Source: an uncultured Methanosarcinales archaeon
GTDB lineage: Archaea > Nanobdellota > Nanobdellia > Woesearchaeales > CAZYIM01
Assembly (NCBI GenBank): GCA_964647565.1
Contig: CAZYIM010000023.1
Location: 1-43,127 of the forward strand
Length of the DNA stretch: 43,127 nt
Direction of reading: 5' to 3'
The notes below the pieces were generated by a model. It was not told the DNA's origin, did not search any database, and saw only the letters and a list, made by a program, of their open reading frames with translations. The translations under genes and the position numbers were made by a program. This document shows positions 26,387 to 35,383 of the stretch, piece by piece. Positions within the stretch are counted from its first letter, which is position 1. Every line of letters begins with the position of its first letter.

Positions 26387-26390
26387 TATT

Positions 26391-26903
26391 TTATTTTTTT
26401 ATGCCCAGATCGAAATCTGTTACTGATATTAGATTGTGTTCATCGTCTATATTTAAGAGTTGAACTGATTTGACTTGGGTGTTGAATATGAGCTTCTCTT
26501 TCTTTAGGTTATTCATCGTTTTATTTATCTCTTCTTCATTCTCAAATAAGCCTAATGACAGATGAGGGATATATTTTGGCATAGATTTGTTCTCAAAACC
26601 TGCAAGAATACCTTGGTTTAGTTGGTTATGTAATGCCATTATGTTTTTTTGTCCTTTGTCTATTAGCAGATATAAATAGAAGCTTGTTGCTGATTTTTCC
26701 AATCCTGATAATGATAATTCGAACGGTTCTATCTTATTTACACAGTCTTGTATGTGTTCAAATAGTTTCTTTTGATCTTCAACCTCGAAAGGATAGACTA
26801 AGGTGATGTGGGGCTTGATTTTCTCGTGATCTGAGATATGATCTTTTCTAATCTCTTCTATTTTAGCATCCTTTTCTAACAATATGACTAATACTTGTTT
26901 CAT
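26391..26903 (-). CDS. 2H phosphoesterase (2'-5' RNA ligase/LigT-like family)
   Basis: Two HxT/S motifs, PHITL and PHLSL. ATG 26903 preferred over TTG 26915. Confidence 0.9.
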   Translation of the reverse strand: MKQVLVILLEKDAKIEEIRKDHISDHEKIKPHITLVYPFEVEDQKKLFEHIQDCVNKIEPFELSLSGLEKSATSFYLYLLIDKGQKNIMALHNQLNQGILAGFENKSMPKYIPHLSLGLFENEEEINKTMNNLKKEKLIFNTQVKSVQLLNIDDEHNLISVTDFDLGIKK

Positions 26904-26957
26904 TTTTTGCTTCAATAGGGGTTTATTTATTAATCTGTCGAGAGGATATAGTGCGAC

Positions 26958-27701
26958 TTAATGCTTGGCCAGATTCCATAAACTATCAAAAAAAGTAGTG
27001 AATGATTTGGCTACATCTTCACTTAATATAGATAAGCAGCCAGGTTCCTCATGATATGTGAATATTAATACACTATTCTTTGTTACATTAATAGTTGCAG
27101 GAGTAATACCTTCAAGTACTCTTACTTCTGTATATTTCATCTTCTTTAGAGTAGAAATGAACTTATTCCTGTTTGAAAAAATCATTTTGCAGTTGATCTT
27201 CCTTTTAACCCTTTCTCTATGCCATTTTATCCACATAAGATTATATTTCTCATCTCTTTTTGTTTCCACACCCATGGCCTTTATTTCGTCTTTCGATGTC
27301 AAATTATAAAGAGATTCTAAAATAATAGTGTGTATGCCATTAAAACCCTTGAAGAATTTGCTTTCATAGCGTTTCCTTTTGTCTTTTTGGATTGCTATTA
27401 AGGAGGGCAGCACTTTTTTTATTTCCTCTTCCTTTTTCTTTATTTCCTCTTCTTTTTCATGTAATAAGTCTAATATCCTTTTAGGAGACGCTGCATTGAA
27501 ATATTTGGTTTTTTCTTTTACTGTGTAGCATACTAATCCCTTTCTGATCAGCTTATCCAGTATTTGATATACTTTTCCTGCAGAAATCTGGGCTTCTTCA
27601 ATGATTTTTCCTGTGGTTGTCTCTCCAATGTTTAATAATGTTAAGTATACTCTTGTTTCGCCTTTGGTTAATCCTATATCCTCTAACAGAGTCTCATTCA
27701 T
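26958..27701 (-). CDS. TrmB-family transcriptional regulator
   Basis: LEDIGLTKGETRVYLTLL...VYQILDKLIRKGLV...YFNAASP; C-terminal FDSLW. Confidence 0.9.
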   Translation of the reverse strand: MNETLLEDIGLTKGETRVYLTLLNIGETTTGKIIEEAQISAGKVYQILDKLIRKGLVCYTVKEKTKYFNAASPKRILDLLHEKEEEIKKKEEEIKKVLPSLIAIQKDKRKRYESKFFKGFNGIHTIILESLYNLTSKDEIKAMGVETKRDEKYNLMWIKWHRERVKRKINCKMIFSNRNKFISTLKKMKYTEVRVLEGITPATINVTKNSVLIFTYHEEPGCLSILSEDVAKSFTTFFDSLWNLAKH

Positions 27702-27799
27702 AGATATAGTTAAGTGCCTTTCTATTTTTAAAACTTTCTAATTATACCCCACTTGGGAGGAGATAATATTGATATATATAGATTTCTTATTTAAATAAA

Positions 27800-28561
27800 A
27801 TGACAAACACAATATTTGACAATTATGCAGGAAATAGTAAATATGAGCAAAGCTATGTTAAACCAATACAAGCCTTTTATGCAGATATGGCTTTTCAGTT
27901 GGCTCATAAGCTTTCAAATGGAGCAAAGGTTCTTGACATTGGTGCAGGACCTGGTTCATTAGCAAAAGCGTTGGCAGAACAAACAGATCTGAAATCCACA
28001 ATATATGGTGTTGAACCATCTCAAACCCATAACGATGGTGTAGAACTAGGCAAGCAATTGCAGGGGGATAATATAGATTATATTCCCAAACAAGGAACTA
28101 TGACTGATGCTGAAAACCTTTTCAATCTGCAGGGACTTGATGGCCTGGTATTTCCTCGTTCACCACATGAGATTGCCAAAAGCCTCGGAGGTAAGCAAAA
28201 ATTCTTTTTAGAAGTAAGAAAACTACTATCTTATCTCAAACCGTCTGGATTGATTATGATCAGCGATCCTACATATACCTTTGATATCAGACTTGAGCCT
28301 GAAAAACATAGAGAAGAAGTAAAAGTAGCGCGTCAGTTGCTTGAGAAGCAGATAGGCCATAGTGATCCAGTGGATGTCTTATTTTCCCCTCAGGAAGTGA
28401 TATTGGAAATGGAACATCTTGGTTGTGGGCTTCAATACTACAATTCTCATCCAAAGCAGGATCTTCTTGAAAAAATGCGTAAGCAAAAGGGATTTGAGAA
28501 CCTGTCTAGAAGTCCAGCTGAACTGTTTGTATCCATTTTCCAAAAAAGGAGTGCGACATGA
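27800..28561 (+). CDS. Class I SAM-dependent methyltransferase
   Basis: VLDIGAGPG motif I, YGVEPS, LKPSGLIMISD. Confidence 0.88.
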   Translation: MTNTIFDNYAGNSKYEQSYVKPIQAFYADMAFQLAHKLSNGAKVLDIGAGPGSLAKALAEQTDLKSTIYGVEPSQTHNDGVELGKQLQGDNIDYIPKQGTMTDAENLFNLQGLDGLVFPRSPHEIAKSLGGKQKFFLEVRKLLSYLKPSGLIMISDPTYTFDIRLEPEKHREEVKVARQLLEKQIGHSDPVDVLFSPQEVILEMEHLGCGLQYYNSHPKQDLLEKMRKQKGFENLSRSPAELFVSIFQKRSAT

Positions 28562-29343
28562 AAGTTGGCATCATCATATCAAAAAGAGCTGAAAAAGAGT
28601 TTAAATTACAAGTAAACAAACTCCTAAAGGTTAAAGGCATATCGCTCATTGAGATAGAAGATTTTCCTCTTTATCTTACTGATAAAGATTTAGACAAATA
28701 TGATGCAGATTATTTTGTTGCTATTAGCATTCATAGCCTTAGTGATTCTCCCAGACGGTTCTGTGTCCATCCCTGCGGTAACTGGAATGAAAAATGGCCG
28801 CGGCATCCAATCGATCTGGGTGGAAATGAGAGAACACTATGTATGCACTTAGCATCTCTTCTTAAGTTTGCATACAATTCACTTCAGAAGCATAATTTCT
28901 TGGAGGCTTATGAAATTAGCATGGAAGCAACCCACCACGGGCCTGAATTAAGCAGACCTATACTCATGTTAGAACTTGGATCTTGTTTGGATTCCTGGCA
29001 GGATGTGAGCGCCAACAAAGTTATAGTGGATGTGGTGGAAGATATCCTGGAAAACTTTAAACCCTCTTCTGCAAAAGCTTCTCTGATTCTTGGAGGTGAT
29101 CATTATATGCATACTATTGCGCCTCTTCTCTCAAAAGATGATTTTGCTGTCAGCCATATGTGTCCGAGCAGCCAAATACACAATTTTGATGCAAATATGC
29201 TTAAACAAGCTTTGAACCAAACAAAAGAAGAGGTTGATTTGGCTATTATTGATCTTGCAGGTGTTGGCCAGCATCAGGAAAGATTGATAAAACTGCTGAA
29301 ATCAAATAATCTCCCATATAAATTTCTTCATGAGATGATCTGA
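28558..29343 (+). CDS. dtdA: D-aminoacyl-tRNA deacylase, archaeal DTD2/DtdA family (divergent)
   Basis: SIH, CVHPCGN, EATHHGP, LELGS, GGDHY, SHM match DTD2 motifs; ATGA-coupled to the methyltransferase. Confidence 0.8.
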   Translation: MKVGIIISKRAEKEFKLQVNKLLKVKGISLIEIEDFPLYLTDKDLDKYDADYFVAISIHSLSDSPRRFCVHPCGNWNEKWPRHPIDLGGNERTLCMHLASLLKFAYNSLQKHNFLEAYEISMEATHHGPELSRPILMLELGSCLDSWQDVSANKVIVDVVEDILENFKPSSAKASLILGGDHYMHTIAPLLSKDDFAVSHMCPSSQIHNFDANMLKQALNQTKEEVDLAIIDLAGVGQHQERLIKLLKSNNLPYKFLHEMI

Positions 29344-29358
29344 TTGTGCTCAAAATCT

Positions 29359-30102
29359 CTAAATAGTTCTGGTGAAGTTATGGAAGCATAGATTTGGCTG
29401 CTCTGTTTTTGAATTGTCGTAGAACGCTGAAAAAGTTTCAGCAAATCCATAGCCAAAACGAGGCTGGCCAAAGTCCAAGCCTAAAAACTGGATTCCTTTA
29501 TGCGGCCTGTTCAATAGATATCTCATATCTACTTTTCCCTCAAGAATTTTATCAATATATGTCTCTGCAACTTTCTTTGAGCCAAAGAACTGGATTAAGT
29601 TAGGAGCTTTTAATGCCTGATCCTTGTCAACAGACTCAATAGCCTCAAAAGATGTGAAGCTGTCGTTAGCATATTGTGTGACTTCTTTACCAGGAACTAC
29701 CCAGACCAACCTGTTACCCTCTTGGTCTGTTTCACCATCCATCAAAAGCAGATCGAGGAATTTGTCTCTTTCAATCCATGGCGCACTTAGCTTTTGGGTG
29801 ATGACTCTTTCTAAGTCAGGATTGGCTTTAAAAGAAGGTATGGGTGCATGCACATATATCTGCATCAATGTACCATTTTCATCTTCATCAGTTATGCAAT
29901 AGCTGCCTGTTGCAGCATTAAGTTCAGCTCTTTGTTGATAAGCTGCTGACCTATCCCTTTTTGTGCCAATATCCATCAGATATTGTGCGAGATCAGGCAT
30001 TGTACCGATGCTGTTGCCTTCATTAAGTGTTATGAACATGTTTTGATGTATTTCTCCAGAACCTAAGGAGAACATAATAGATTTTTCTTCATTATTTGAC
30101 AT
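29359..30102 (-). CDS. Hypothetical protein
   Basis: 247-aa ATG ORF with GGTGGT RBS. Confidence 0.75.
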   Translation of the reverse strand: MSNNEEKSIMFSLGSGEIHQNMFITLNEGNSIGTMPDLAQYLMDIGTKRDRSAAYQQRAELNAATGSYCITDEDENGTLMQIYVHAPIPSFKANPDLERVITQKLSAPWIERDKFLDLLLMDGETDQEGNRLVWVVPGKEVTQYANDSFTSFEAIESVDKDQALKAPNLIQFFGSKKVAETYIDKILEGKVDMRYLLNRPHKGIQFLGLDFGQPRFGYGFAETFSAFYDNSKTEQPNLCFHNFTRTI

Positions 30103-30191
30103 TTATACCACCCAAAGCTGGGAATTTTCATCACCTATAAAAACATTTCTTTTTGGGTTAAATTTTTAAATCGTATAATATTTCCGTTTAT

Positions 30192-30761
30192 ATGGAAGTT
30201 CTGAACAAGGATGAATTCAATACCAAGCGGAGGACTATGGTCCGAAAGCTGAAAGAAGCTGTTTTTGTCTATCCGACCGATACCATTTATGGCCTTGGTT
30301 GTGATGCCAGGAAAGAAGAATTAGTGGCAAAGATAAGAGAACTTAAGAGCAGGGACACGATGCCTTTCTCTGTAATAGCACCTTCTAGAGATTGGATTAG
30401 AGAAAACTGTGTGGTAAACAGTGAAGTTGAGCAATGGCTGGAAAAACTTCCAGGCCCATACACGCTAATTTTAAAGCTGAAAAACAAGGAAGCAATAGCG
30501 CCTAATGTGAATGATAATATGGACACTTTGGGAGTAAGGATTCCAGACAACTGGTTCACGCAAGTTGTTAGGGAGATGAAAGTACCTGTGGTAACAACAT
30601 CTGCCAATGCAACTGGAGGGGACTTTATGACTACCATGGACAACCTTAACGCAGCTATTAAGAGCAATGTGGATTTCATAATCTACACTGGTGAATTGAA
30701 GGGAAGACCATCAACATTGGTTCATTTAGAGTTAGATCATGTAGAGATCCAGGAGCGCTAG
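30192..30761 (+). CDS. tsaC: Threonylcarbamoyl-AMP synthase (single-domain TsaC/Sua5/YrdC)
   Basis: YPTDTIYGLGC, LKSR, PGPYTLIL, GVRIP, TTSAN, PST. Confidence 0.95.
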   Translation: MEVLNKDEFNTKRRTMVRKLKEAVFVYPTDTIYGLGCDARKEELVAKIRELKSRDTMPFSVIAPSRDWIRENCVVNSEVEQWLEKLPGPYTLILKLKNKEAIAPNVNDNMDTLGVRIPDNWFTQVVREMKVPVVTTSANATGGDFMTTMDNLNAAIKSNVDFIIYTGELKGRPSTLVHLELDHVEIQER

Positions 30762-30766
30762 TTAAT

Positions 30767-31372
30767 ATGAAGATACTTTCGGCAGGAGATATCCATGGTG
30801 ACACCAGGTTAGCTGAAAAGCTGGCTGAAAAAGCAGCCAAGAATAAGGTAGACTTAGTTATTCTTTGTGGCGATCTCACCTATTTTGAGCAGAGCACAGA
30901 CAATATAATAGGTCCTTTTAAGAAAAGGAACCTGAAAGTGTTGTTGATACCCGGCAATCATGAGACTGTAGCAACAGCTGATTTTCTTGCAGAGGTCTAT
31001 GGTGTGAAGAACATCCATGGCTATTCTGTCAAATACAAGGATGTAGGTATCTTTGGTGCAGGAGGTGCCAATATGGGACCTACGACGCCTGTTTCAGAAA
31101 AAGAGACCTATGATCTTTTGAAAAAAGGCTTTGATAAGATCAGATATCTTAAGAAAAAAATTATGGTCACACATGCTCATCCTTCTGAGACCAAGATGGA
31201 ACAATTTACCCAGCATTTCAAGGGCAGCGAAAGTATAAGGAAAGCGGTTGATGTGTTCAAGCCAGATATACTTCTTTGCAGTCATGTCCACGAGGCAGAA
31301 GGCCTTGAGGAGAAAATTGGCAAGACCAAGGTCGTCAATGTGGGCAAGATCGGCTTGATAATTGATATCTGA
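30767..31372 (+). CDS. Calcineurin-like metallophosphoesterase
   Basis: GDIHG, CGDL, PGNHE, THAHP, SHVHE. Confidence 0.93.
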   Translation: MKILSAGDIHGDTRLAEKLAEKAAKNKVDLVILCGDLTYFEQSTDNIIGPFKKRNLKVLLIPGNHETVATADFLAEVYGVKNIHGYSVKYKDVGIFGAGGANMGPTTPVSEKETYDLLKKGFDKIRYLKKKIMVTHAHPSETKMEQFTQHFKGSESIRKAVDVFKPDILLCSHVHEAEGLEEKIGKTKVVNVGKIGLIIDI

Positions 31373-31413
31373 GCACCGATAACTAAATAAATGGCTTGTT
31401 TTCCTTTGTTTCT

Positions 31414-31914
31414 ATGAAAAATGAGATGATGGATATTGTTGATGACAATGATAATGTCATTGGCCAGGGTCCTAGGGATAAGATTATCAAAGAGGTAATC
31501 GCTCATAGGGCAGTTGCAGTCCTTGTATTAAATTCTAACCAAGAAGTATTTATCCATAAGAGAACCTTTGACAAAGAGACATATCCTGGATATTGGGATG
31601 CTGTCTGCGCTGGAGGCGTGGAAGCTGGTGAAGAGTATGATGTTGCGGCCAAGAGAGAATTGTCAGAGGAGTTAGGAATTGATGATTTTGAACTGAAATT
31701 CCTTTTCAAGTTCCACGATATATCTAAAGGTTTCAATTGTTTTGTCATGGTGTACATATGCTTCCATGAAGGTCCCTTCAAGCTCGAAGAGGCTGAAATA
31801 CTTGAGGGAAGATTCGTAAGTATTGAAGATTTCAAAGAGTTTCAAAAGCAAGAGAAGGTTTGTCCTGGTTCGATTTATATTCTGAATAGATATCTAAAGA
31901 TGAAGAAAAAATAA
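31414..31914 (+). CDS. NUDIX hydrolase (YfcD/IDI-1-like subfamily)
   Basis: Nudix box GGVEAGEEYDVAAKRELSEELG; HRAVAV, HKR, YPGYWD. ATG 31414 preferred. Confidence 0.92.
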   Translation: MKNEMMDIVDDNDNVIGQGPRDKIIKEVIAHRAVAVLVLNSNQEVFIHKRTFDKETYPGYWDAVCAGGVEAGEEYDVAAKRELSEELGIDDFELKFLFKFHDISKGFNCFVMVYICFHEGPFKLEEAEILEGRFVSIEDFKEFQKQEKVCPGSIYILNRYLKMKKK

Positions 31915-32256
31915 AGTTTACTTTTGATCAATATTTCTGGTCTAAACAGAAAAATATTTATAGTCATCTTCTTTTCATTAGATTATGATAGAAACTATTT
32001 TGAAGAGAATAGAATACTTGATTCTTCTTAATAGTTATACTTCTCTATATACTAAACTATTTTGGTAAATCCAAAACGCACCCTGCTAAGTTTCTACTTG
32101 GTCAAGAAGCTAAACTTCTTTTCAAAAGGGGAATGAAATTGGTGCCTGGTTTCTTAAAATAAGAGTTGGTTCAAAGTTAATCTCTAAAAAACTATTTTGA
32201 GCTGCCAATGAAGAAAGAGTTAGTTGGTAGACTCAAAAATTTGGAGGTATAATAAA

Positions 32257-33336
32257 ATGAGAACTATAAAAGATCCGGAAGATATTTTATTATATCTTCC
32301 GAACCAAAAAAGAATTGTTGAAAGAATTGATGAAGCAAAGGAAGCAATAAGCTTGGGTCATAAGTTTGCAGTGACTGATTTTTATTTGACCCGCGTGCTA
32401 GATCGTGACCCGGATCATCCATTGTTGAGTGCGGTTTTGCCATCTATGGATGATTTAAATGTGTTTTTAGGGCTGCATGTGTCAGTCAGCGAGATGAAAG
32501 TATCGGGATCTGAATTCATGATTCAGAAATATAAGCCGAATTCCATCCTGACATTAACGACTGCGTGTGCACAAGCATGTACTTATTGCTTCAGGAAACA
32601 GCATGAAAGCAAGATTATGTCCGCTGATGAGATAGATGATGTTTTGGCAGACATAGAAAACACAGACAATGGCTATCTGGAGATGATACTGAGTGGCGGG
32701 GATCCCTTGATGCTGCCAGTACATTTACTTGAGCACCTTGCAGGAGAATTGAACTCGATTAGGAAAAAAAGAACCTTGTTAGTCGGGATGAACACAAGAA
32801 TACCTGTTGTAGCACCATATCTTTGCTATGGCTCAAGGATGGATGCGCTGCATGAATTGAAGCTGAATAATATTGGTCTTCATATCTTGCATCCTGACGA
32901 GATAACCGATGAGTTTGTGGATGTATGCTATAGGATCAGGGAAAGACATCCTGTGAACTTCAGGACAACACATCCCTTGCTTCGAGGCATCAATGATGAC
33001 CCTGGATTGTTGGTTGAGATGTATATGCAACTCGCAGACGAGATAAATGCATCTCCAAAGGATCTTATTGTGCCTATTCCAACAGGCACAGGGCCCTCCA
33101 AGAGACTGGGCTTGGAAAGATGTATGGAGATCATGCGAGATCTGCATGACAGATTGCCGGGAAATCTACTGCCGAGGCTGATTGTGTGTTCGCCTGTCTA
33201 CGGGAAGAGTTATATTGACCCGTTCCATACCAAGACAGATGGTAGTTTCGGCTACGATGTAAATCCTGATGATTCATATGACGGGATGTACATCAAGGAT
33301 GGGAGCTGTATGCAGAGGTGCAAAGCCATAGATTAA
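32257..33336 (+). CDS. KamA/EpmB-like radical SAM protein (aminomutase family, divergent)
   Basis: CAQACTYCFR (CxxxCxxC), ILSGGDPL, TRIPVVAP, HPDEI, PLLRGINDD, C-terminal GK. GGAGGT RBS before ATG 32257. Confidence 0.88.
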   Translation: MRTIKDPEDILLYLPNQKRIVERIDEAKEAISLGHKFAVTDFYLTRVLDRDPDHPLLSAVLPSMDDLNVFLGLHVSVSEMKVSGSEFMIQKYKPNSILTLTTACAQACTYCFRKQHESKIMSADEIDDVLADIENTDNGYLEMILSGGDPLMLPVHLLEHLAGELNSIRKKRTLLVGMNTRIPVVAPYLCYGSRMDALHELKLNNIGLHILHPDEITDEFVDVCYRIRERHPVNFRTTHPLLRGINDDPGLLVEMYMQLADEINASPKDLIVPIPTGTGPSKRLGLERCMEIMRDLHDRLPGNLLPRLIVCSPVYGKSYIDPFHTKTDGSFGYDVNPDDSYDGMYIKDGSCMQRCKAID

Positions 33337-33352
33337 TTTTTTTTTTTTTTTT
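33337..33352 (+). terminator. T16 tract directly after the radical SAM stop codon; archaeal-type terminator
   Basis: 16 consecutive T immediately after TAA. Confidence 0.55.
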
Positions 33353-33411
33353 ATAAGCTTGCAACAAAGTCTATGCTAAAATTTTTATAATCTATCTGTT
33401 TTCCTGTTGAA

Positions 33412-33882
33412 ATGGGCTATGTATATAAGGATCTTGAGGACCTTAAGAACAATCTGTCTATTATTCACAGGATAATTAAACAGCCAGGAGACCTGCAACT
33501 CTTTCTCATCAGTGAGTCAGAAGATATTAGGAAGAAGGGGTGTGAATTCACCAAGGTTGTCCTCGAGGAGATCCTAAATCAAGCAAAATCCGCCAGAAAG
33601 ATTAAAAAACAAGAGGTCTCAATTGTTGATCTTAATCAGGAGAAAGAACTTTTGACAGGTCTGTATGAATATGCCCCTTTTTGGCAGAGGATGGGAAAAC
33701 AGAAAGGGCGTGTTTTCATCCCAATATTCCATAATGCCGATCAATATACCAATCTAGCGCAAATGCTATTTGATCATCAAAAACCAGGAGTTCTTTCAGT
33801 TTCTAAGGAGGGATATTATCAAGTGTTAAATCCTTCTAAACGGGAGTGCTTCGATAAGATATATCTAGATATTAATTCTTAA
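33412..33882 (+). CDS. Hypothetical protein
   Basis: 156-aa ATG ORF with TTTATAA box about 25 nt upstream. Confidence 0.65.
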   Translation: MGYVYKDLEDLKNNLSIIHRIIKQPGDLQLFLISESEDIRKKGCEFTKVVLEEILNQAKSARKIKKQEVSIVDLNQEKELLTGLYEYAPFWQRMGKQKGRVFIPIFHNADQYTNLAQMLFDHQKPGVLSVSKEGYYQVLNPSKRECFDKIYLDINS

Positions 33883-34007
33883 CTGATCCTGCTTATCGAC
33901 AAGATTTTTAAAAAATAATGAATCGAATCCTGTATGCTAAAACTTTAATTTTTGCGAATTTTGGCCTGACCATAAAACTTATATAGATATTCTTTTTGTA
34001 ATGTTTC

Positions 34008-34322
34008 ATGAGTCTTAAAGAAATTCAAGAAGAAGTCGATACATGGGTAAACCAATACGCAATTGGATATTGGAAACCACATGAGATTCTAGCGAGATTA
34101 ACTGAGGAAACAGGGGAGTTGGCAAGAGAGATAAATCATATTTATGGTCCGAAAAAGAAAAAATCTTCAGAAGAAACAAAAGAACTTTCAGATGAAATTG
34201 CAGATATTATCTTCACCCTTTCTTGTCTTGCTAATTCATTGGATCTTAATCTTGATGAATCTTTTCAAAGAGTTATGGATAAATGCTATGGGCGAGACAA
34301 AGATCGCTTTGAGAAGAAATAA
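34008..34322 (+). CDS. MazG-like nucleotide pyrophosphohydrolase (YpjD-like)
   Basis: LARLTEETGELAREINH, DEIADIIF, RDKDRF. Confidence 0.92.
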   Translation: MSLKEIQEEVDTWVNQYAIGYWKPHEILARLTEETGELAREINHIYGPKKKKSSEETKELSDEIADIIFTLSCLANSLDLNLDESFQRVMDKCYGRDKDRFEKK

Positions 34323-34371
34323 GCATTTTTTATTGAATGTAACATCAGGATTCTCATTTATTTAACTAGAT

Positions 34372-35286
34372 TCATAATTTAAATTTGTTGGTGACAATGT
34401 CATTGATTATTTCATTTCCTCGTTCTTTTCGAAGCAGCTCAATAATTGTATAACCTGCATCATGCATTGAACATAGATAAGGTGTTGGCATATCAGGAGT
34501 CTTCTTTATCATTCTTCTAGATCTTGATACGTCGAATTTATCACATAGTTCATGATATGATGAACATAAACGCTGACCTTTTTCCAAGCGATTTAGATAT
34601 TTTAATCTAGATCCTATTTTTCCTTCTATATGTTGGAGAACTTCTGCAGACATAGCAATGGCAATACCTTCGTTATATAGTTGATATTTTCCAAATACTC
34701 CTATTAATCTACGGCAAATATTTGTTTTTTGTCCATGGATACTATGTATAGCTTCGTGTGCTACAGCATGTATACATTCATCCTCTTTTAATTTTCTAAC
34801 ATAAATTGTTGACTTTATTACGGGATCAATATATCCGTCAGCTCGTTTATAATCATTGTATTGCCTAAAATTTGCGACAAGATATGGTATTTGAGATAAA
34901 CCTATCATTTCAGTCGGATTTGCCCCTAATAAATAAAGTAAAGGCATCATAGCTATCATACCTCCAACCGAATGTTTATAGAGGCTTCTTTGCTGGTTCA
35001 AAATATCTTTGACAAATCCTCTCCCGAAAACCGCTGCCTTAGGTTTAGAAACATTATCTAACTCGAATGTCTGAACAATAAGGGGAAAAACAACATCTAA
35101 GATTTCATTTGCTTTTTTGTTTGTTTGAATCAAACGATTATTAACAGATATTTCATCCCAATTAACAGTTATCTCTGGTTTATATTGAGGGATCTGTTTT
35201 TCATTATTTTCTTGTATCAAATCCTCAATAATTTTTACATTTTTTTCTCGAAAAAAGATTTCGAGTAGTCCTTTATTGCCTATCAT
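34372..35286 (-). CDS. Putative zinc metallopeptidase (gluzincin-like) with a membrane segment
   Basis: AVAHEAIHS (HExxH) followed by NEGIA; hydrophobic stretch GGMIAMMPLLYLLG. Confidence 0.65.
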   Translation of the reverse strand: MIGNKGLLEIFFREKNVKIIEDLIQENNEKQIPQYKPEITVNWDEISVNNRLIQTNKKANEILDVVFPLIVQTFELDNVSKPKAAVFGRGFVKDILNQQRSLYKHSVGGMIAMMPLLYLLGANPTEMIGLSQIPYLVANFRQYNDYKRADGYIDPVIKSTIYVRKLKEDECIHAVAHEAIHSIHGQKTNICRRLIGVFGKYQLYNEGIAIAMSAEVLQHIEGKIGSRLKYLNRLEKGQRLCSSYHELCDKFDVSRSRRMIKKTPDMPTPYLCSMHDAGYTIIELLRKERGNEIINDIVTNKFKL

Positions 35287-35383
35287 AAATGATTTGAAAT
35301 GACCATCAAATTATAAACTTTCTTGTTTCGTTAGGACTTAGAAGTAGTAATAAAAATAAATAAGAAAAAATCTATTTATTTAT

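Noticed and set aside
33337..33352. T16 homopolymer as a phase-variation tract or retro-insertion tail
   Set aside because: It is outside coding sequence, immediately after a stop codon, with no target-site duplication seen; a terminator is the simpler reading.
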